From NCBI GenBank assembly GCA_002269645.1, contig NIVC01001315.1, positions 62,001 through 126,000 of the forward strand: a stretch of 64,000 nucleotides of DNA, written 5' to 3'. Of the stretch, positions 57,830-64,000 are shown piece after piece (positions within the stretch are counted from its first letter, which is position 1; each line of letters starts with the position of its first letter). The translations under genes and the position numbers were made by a program. This DNA is from Macrostomum lignano. Its lineage: Eukaryota. Under the pieces are notes generated by a model. The model did no database searches, was not told the DNA's origin, and saw only the letters and a list, made by a program, of their open reading frames with translations.

Positions 57830-59190
57830 TCACCCTGCTCATTCCCCATCCTGCTCATTCCCCATCCTGCTCATTCCCCATCCTGCTCATTCCCCATCCT
57901 GCTCATTCCCCATCCTGCTCATTCCCCATCCTGCTCATTCCCCATCCTGCTCATTCCCCATCCTGCTCATTCCCCATCCTGCTCATTCCCCATCCTGCTC
58001 ATTCCCCATCCTGCTCATTCCCCATCCTGCTCATTCCCCATCCTGCTCATTCCCCATCCTGCTCATTCCCCATCCTGCTCATTCCCCATCCTGCTCATTC
58101 CCCATCCTGCTCATTCCCCATCCTGCTCATTCCCCATCCTGCTCATTTCCCATCCTGCTCATTCCCCATCCTGCTCATTCCCCATCCTGCTCATTCCCCA
58201 TCCTGCTCATTCCCCATCCTGCTCATTCCCCATCCTGCTCATTCCCCATCCTGCTCATTCCCCATCCTGCTCATTCCCCATCCTGCTCATTCTCCATCCT
58301 GCTCATTCCCCATCCTGCTCATTCCCCATCCTGCTCATTCCCCATCCTGCTCATTCCCCATCCTGCTCATTCCCCATCCTGCTCATTCCCCATCCTGCTC
58401 ATTCCCCATCCTGCTCATTCCCCATCCTGCTCATTCCCCATCCTGCTCATTCCCCATCCTGCTCATTCCCCATCCTGCTCATTCCCCATCCTGCTCATTC
58501 CCCATCCTGCTCATTCCCCATCCTGCTCATTCCCCATCCTGCTCATTCCCCATCCTGCTCATTCCCCATCCTGCTCATTCCCCATCCTGCTCATTCCCCA
58601 TCCTGCTCATTCCCCATCCTGCTCATTCCCCATCCTGCTCATTCCCCATCCTGCTCATTCCCCATCCTGCTCATTCCCCATCCTGCTCATTCCCCATCCT
58701 GCTCATTCCCCATCCTGCTCATTCCCCATCCTGCTCATTCCCCATCCTGCTCATTCCCCATCCTGCTCATTCCCCATCCTGCTCATTCCCCATCCTGCTC
58801 ATTCCCCATCCTGCTCATTCCCCATCCTGCTCATTCCCCATCCTGCTCATTCCCCATCCTGCTCATTTCCCATCCTGCTCATTCCCCATCCTGCTCATTC
58901 CCCATCCTGCTCATTCCCCATCCTGCTCATTCTCCATCCTGCTCATTCCCCATCCTGCTCATTCCCCATCCTGCTCATTCCCCATCCTGCTCATTCCCCA
59001 TCCTGCTCATTCCCCATCCTGCTCATTCCCCATCCTGCTCATTCCCCATCCTGCTCATTCCCCATCCTGCTCATTCCCCATCCTGCTCATTCCCCATCCT
59101 GCTCATTCCCCATCCTGCTCATTCCCCATCCTGCTCATTCCCCATCCTGCTCATTCCCCATCCTGCTCATTCCCCATCCTGCTCATTCCC
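57830..59190. repeat. 16-bp near-perfect minisatellite (CTGCTCATTCCCCATC), about 85 units
   Basis: Only scattered C>T variants. Confidence 0.98.
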
Positions 59191-59397
59191 CATTTTGTGC
59201 TTCATAAGTAATAAATTTATCAAGGCTGAACGGCCACTTGCGATTAAAGCTGATTGTTGCAATTTATTAGAGCATGTGTACAATGGAAAAGCATGCACGG
59301 AATCAAAGCAGATCATCCGAAAATTCGATGAGGACACGAGTAAAACAAACTAATTCAGCGAAAGAGAGATTGGCAGCAGCACAATTTTCAGGAGTCT

Positions 59398-60733
59398 CTA
59401 GTGCGCCAGTTTCTGCTGCAGCCGCCGGGGACCCGTGATCTCGTGCGCCAGCGTCGGGTCGATGGAGCCGTAGGTCACGTGACCCCCGACCACCGGCCAG
59501 CTCTCTTTGGGTAGGTAGGGGTGGCTGCGCCCGCCCCGCGCGGGCTGGGTGGCCTGGAACATCAGCTGCGGCCCGTAGGCGGAGGCGCCGTCCAGTCCGC
59601 TTTCTAGGAAACGGCGGACCCGGCCTTCCAGGCGGCCCGGCCAGAAAGCATCCTTGCGGGGTCCACGGAGATGCGCCTGCGGAGTTGGACAAGGACTGTC
59701 GACAGTTCTTGGATTGGAACCCCCCTAGCTGATTAAACTGGGTCATCACACTGTTAGACAGGGTCATCACACTGTTAGACAGGGTCATCACACTGTTAGA
59801 CAGGGTCATCACACTGTTAAACATGGTCATCACACTGTTAGACAGGGTCATCACACTGTTAAACATGGTCATCACACTGTTAGACAGGGTCATCACACTG
59901 TTAGACAGGGTCATCACACTGTTAAACATGGTCATCACTCTGTTAGACAGGGTCATCACACTGTTAAACATGGTCATCACACTGTTAGACAGGGTCATCA
60001 TACTGTTAGACAGGGTCATCACACTGTTAGACAGGGTCATCACACTGTTAAACATGGTCATCACACTGTTAGACAGGGTCATCATACTGTTAGACAGGGT
60101 CATCACACTGTTAGACAGGGTCATCACACTGTTAAACATGGTCATCACACTGTTAGACAGGGTCATCACACTGTTAAACATGGTCATCACACTGTTAGAC
60201 AGGGTCATCACGGCTGTTAGACAGGGTCATCACACTGTTAGACAGGGTCATCATACTGTTAGACAGGGTCATCACGGCTGTTAGACAGGGTCATCACACT
60301 GTTAGACAGGGTCATCACACTGTTAGACAGGGTCATCACGGCTGTTAGACAGGGTCATCACGGCTGTTAGACAGGGTCATCACGGCTGTTAGACAGGGTC
60401 ATCACACTGTTAGACAGGGTCATCATACTGTTAGACAGGGTCATCACACTGTTAGACAGGGTCATCACACTGTTAGACAGGGTCATCACACTGTTAGACA
60501 GGGTCATCACGGCTGTTAGACAGGGTCACCCGGCTTTCCCACCTGTCTCGAATAGTCGATCTTGTCGGTGAGTCGCTGGAACTCCTTAAACGTCAGCCAA
60601 CAGTCGACTTTCCGCCGCACCATCGCCGTGCCGGTCGGCAGCTCGACTTCGGCGTCGTCGTCGTCAACCAGCAGGTCGCGCTGGGTCGGCAAAGCCCGTC
60701 TGAGCCGCGCCATATTGCTGGCGCGACCGCCGC

Positions 60734-60766
<33 letters not shown>

Positions 60767-63345
60767 CTCCGCCACCGCTGCTGCCTCCGCCCTGGCGCCA
60801 CCATGGCGCGCCGCTGCCGATAGCGCCGCCGCTTGCGACTCCGACCACGCCAGGGTCGCCGCCTCGACGACCTCCAGCAGCAGCGGCGAGGGTGGCCCGC
60901 TGGCCGGGCGGCAGCACAGCGCTGGACGGCAGCTCGCTGGGATTCGAACCCGGGGGCGCCACCTGAGGAACGTTTGGAAGTTGGAATAAAGTTGAGTTGA
61001 GAAAGGCCGAGGGTGAGGTTTAGGTAACGAGGGTGAGAAGTGAGCTTGGGGTGATGGAAGGTGAGATGTGAGCTTGAGATGATGGAGGGTGCGAGGTGAG
61101 CTTGAGATGATGGAGGGTGCGAGGTGAGCTTGAGATGATGGAGGGTGAGAAGTGAGCTTGATGATGGAGGGTGAGAAGTGAGCTTGATGATGGAGGGTGC
61201 GAGGTGAGCTTGATGATGGAGGGTGAGATGTGAGCTTGATGATGGAGGGTGAGAAGTGAGCTTGATGATGGAGGGTGAGATGTGAGCTTGATGATGGAGG
61301 GTGAGATGTGAGCTTTGGGTGACGGAGGGTGAGGAGTGAGCTTAGGATGAAGGGTGAGGGGTGATAGGGGTCGTGAAGCTGGGACCGTTTTTAAAAGTGT
61401 TTTGTGAGTCTTCTTAGCTTACTGTGAAGTCGTTTTTGTTAAAACGAAAAAAGTTTACCTTCACTGTCGATTCGAAATCTACGGATGGTTTCATGGTGAG
61501 GCGAGAACTAAATTAATGTAAACAGGAGACGAGATTCCTGAGCAGTGTGCTCAAAGCCATGCGCAGCTCAGCAGCTCCCAGGCGGACTCACCTGCTGGCC
61601 GATCTGCTTCCTGGTGCGGTCCGCCGGGTGCAGGAAGACCCGCCGGCAGAGCCGCTCGGAGAACACCACGCCCCGCTCCTTGCACGCCTCCACAATGGAC
61701 ATGAACTCGCGCAGCTGCCGCTGTCTGTAGGCGTCCACCTGCTCGGCCAGCGGGCGCTCCGGCAGGCTGGACGGTGTCACGTGATCGTCGATGTCGCGGT
61801 CAAAGGTTTTTACCATCGAGCGGAATTCCTCGCCCCGATTGCGGCCTTTGCGCATGTAGCGCAGGGCGACCCGGTCCCGCCTGCGCAGCTCCGCCGAGGC
61901 CTCCGCGTTGTTCACCGAGTAGCGCTCCTGGAGCGGTGCGGGGTTCGAATTTTTGCTGAGATATTGAGAGTTGGCTAAGCTGAGTCTTTTTTTAGGCGTC
62001 ATATCTAATAGGAGCTATTTCCATGTCTAACAGGGGTATTTCATGCCTAACAGGGGTATTCCATGCCTAACAGGGGTATTCCCACGCTCGGCACCTGCGA
62101 GGTGTCGAATTCACCAGGCCGCAGGGTTGACAACTGCGACTCGGCACCGGACGCGGTTGCTGCAGTGGCGGAACCGGCGGGGCCGCCGGCGGTTGCCGAG
62201 TCTGGGCTGCGGGCGCCGGCGCCGTCGCGGCTCGGCGACTCGGCAGCGTCGCCTTCGGACGGCGACGATTCGCCGGTGGCGTCGGCGCCCCTGGCTAGCA
62301 GGAACTGGTTCGACTCCTCCGACAGCAGCGCCAGAAACTCCGGCGAGCGCCGTTCGCGCCTGTACTGCTCGAGTCCCTGGGCGAGCTCCCGATAGTCCAG
62401 CTGGTTGTTGTTGTCCTGGTCCAGGGTGATGATCATGTCCTCCAGCAGCGGCTCCGGCAGTGGCACGCGGTTCTGCCGCATCGCCTTGCGGAACTCGTCC
62501 CGGGTCAGCAGCCAGTCCTTGTCCTTGTCGATGCTGGTGAACAGGTCCGACAGGCGCAGCTTCCGCTTGCGTAGCTCGCCATCGATGATAAAGAGCGCCA
62601 GCGGGGACGGCCGCTTTACCGACACTTTGGAGGGCGGGCGCGTGCGGACCTCGGCCGCCTCCTCGACCACCTGCTCAACTTCTTTTGGCCGACGGCTCTC
62701 CTCGATTTTGTGAAGGGTGGCCCTCTCCATGCTGGACAGCTGGCCGCCCTTGCCTCGGAGGTAGCGCTCAACGTCTCCCATGCGCTCCAAGTCCCGATGT
62801 TGCACTTGGCGCTTCTTCAGCCACTGTTGATATCTTGACATCTCTTTTGCCGCCGGATCCTCGAGCTCTGACGTGGTTGCATCGAATTCTGAAGGGTCTG
62901 CGTTCCTAGAGTCACTGCTGATTTTAGGAAGGCAAGACACTGATGAAAATGAATCAAAGCCGCGGAGTTCAGACAGTGGCTGAGCAACGAACACTCGTTT
63001 TCTTCCATTGTCTTTTGTTAGGCGCTCCCGAACAAATCGCTGATTGCCGAATGCTTTAAGGGCAGTTTTGTACAATTTTGCTTCAAGGAGATCTCGACTT
63101 TTGAACTTTTTTATTTGCTCTTCAAATTCTAGGTGTCCAAAGTAGTTTGGATCGTACAGTAGTTCAAATGCATCTGTAAGACCTTCCAGTACTTCATCGC
63201 TAACTCCAGTATCGTGTACTTTTGGAGGCTTCGGCGGTGGTTTTTCTTCGACTTCGACTACATCAGAAATGTACCTTCGCTTCAGTATAACTCTAGACTG
63301 CTTTTTCTTGGCGATCTGTGATTCATGTGGATTAAACGAAGGCAT
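59398..63345 (-). CDS. EF-hand protein, EFCAB12-like, about 761 aa; exons 63345-62095, 61927-61592, 60962-60543, 59676-59398
   Basis: EF pair LSDLFTSIDKDKDWLLTRDEF / MIITLDQDNNNQLDYREL; later ..VEACKERGVVFSERLCRRVFLHPAD, CWLTFKEF, DAFWPGRL, ESWPV..VTYG. Three phase-0 GT-AG introns give a 2286-nt frame. Confidence 0.85.
59745..60525. repeat. 21-bp minisatellite (GGGTCATCACACTGTTAGACA), EF-hand gene intron 3
   Basis: About 37 units. Confidence 0.97.
61030..61370. repeat. 24-26-bp minisatellite (GAGGTGAGCTTGATGATGGAGGGT), EF-hand gene intron 2
   Basis: About 13 units. Confidence 0.9.
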
Positions 63346-64000
63346 GTTTGTCGGCTTTGAGCAATGTACACTGGGTATTAGAATTCGTTTTTCCGCAACA
63401 TTTTGAATATGTGTCGCTTGGCTTCTATAGATATAATTATTTTAACAAAACTTTGTCGGAGAAATAAAAACAACAAAGCGCTAAATGATTTTTTCAAAGG
63501 AAAAGCTGTTATTTTTTGTAGTGCATAAATAACAGAACTAGAAATATTACTATTATAATGCACGTAAATTCTAGTCGTGGTATTTTAATGACCGTCATTT
63601 CTCGGATCAAAAACTTGGAGCATCAGAGACGATGAACTTCAATAAAATTGACTGATAATTTCAGAATTTTTTGTTGGAAAACATTCTCTTTTGCTACATT
63701 TTTTATTATTTACACAATAAAATACATGTGTGAATAAATTTTTTATCTGTTAAGAATATGAATTACAGTATATTGCTTTATCACATGTAGAAACTATTAA
63801 AAAAACAGCTGCATGATTGCAATATTTATTTCTTTTCTAATAAAGCTGCGAATCGTGAAACTGTTCCCTATTTTCATTTATAAGAAATGTTAGATAGGAA
63901 GGACTTTATTAATGAGAATAGCAGTATTTATAGCAATTATACTATTACCGCTAAATTATTGAAAAATGGTTTTTAAAGTAAGAATATTAGGAATAATAAT

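Noticed and set aside
60935-60956. B-box-like GGGTTCGAATCCC on the minus strand
   Set aside because: It lies inside a coding exon (PGSNP) with no A-box, so it is coincidental.

Overview
This is animal genomic DNA. The GC-rich exons, C-rich acceptors and a different minisatellite in nearly every intron resemble the flatworm Macrostomum, but that assignment is an inference. Eight protein-coding genes can be built with consistent splice phases: an SPSB/gustavus SOCS-box gene, an Hr83/NR2E5-type nuclear receptor with an intronless EF-hand gene nested antisense in its intron 2, a phospholipid scramblase, a tandem two-CAP-domain gene, a secreted C-type lectin with a GC-AG intron, an orphan ORF with a partial RH1-like helix, and an EFCAB12-like gene. 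The window also holds a decayed BEL/Pao retrotransposon, a dead mariner, nested MITEs with clear target-site duplications, a 28S rRNA fragment and about 25 tandem arrays. The main discovery candidate is the AT-rich block at about 0.4-13.3 kb. There the mariner carries 11 in-frame stops in about 115 indel-free codons, explained by C>T/G>A changes mostly in CpA/TpG context, and a satellite at the block edge shows a graded CpA>TpA decay. This looks like fungal repeat-induced point mutation (RIP), which I do not know to be described in animals. Ancestral states come from family consensus recalled from memory, and no indices or searches were computed.
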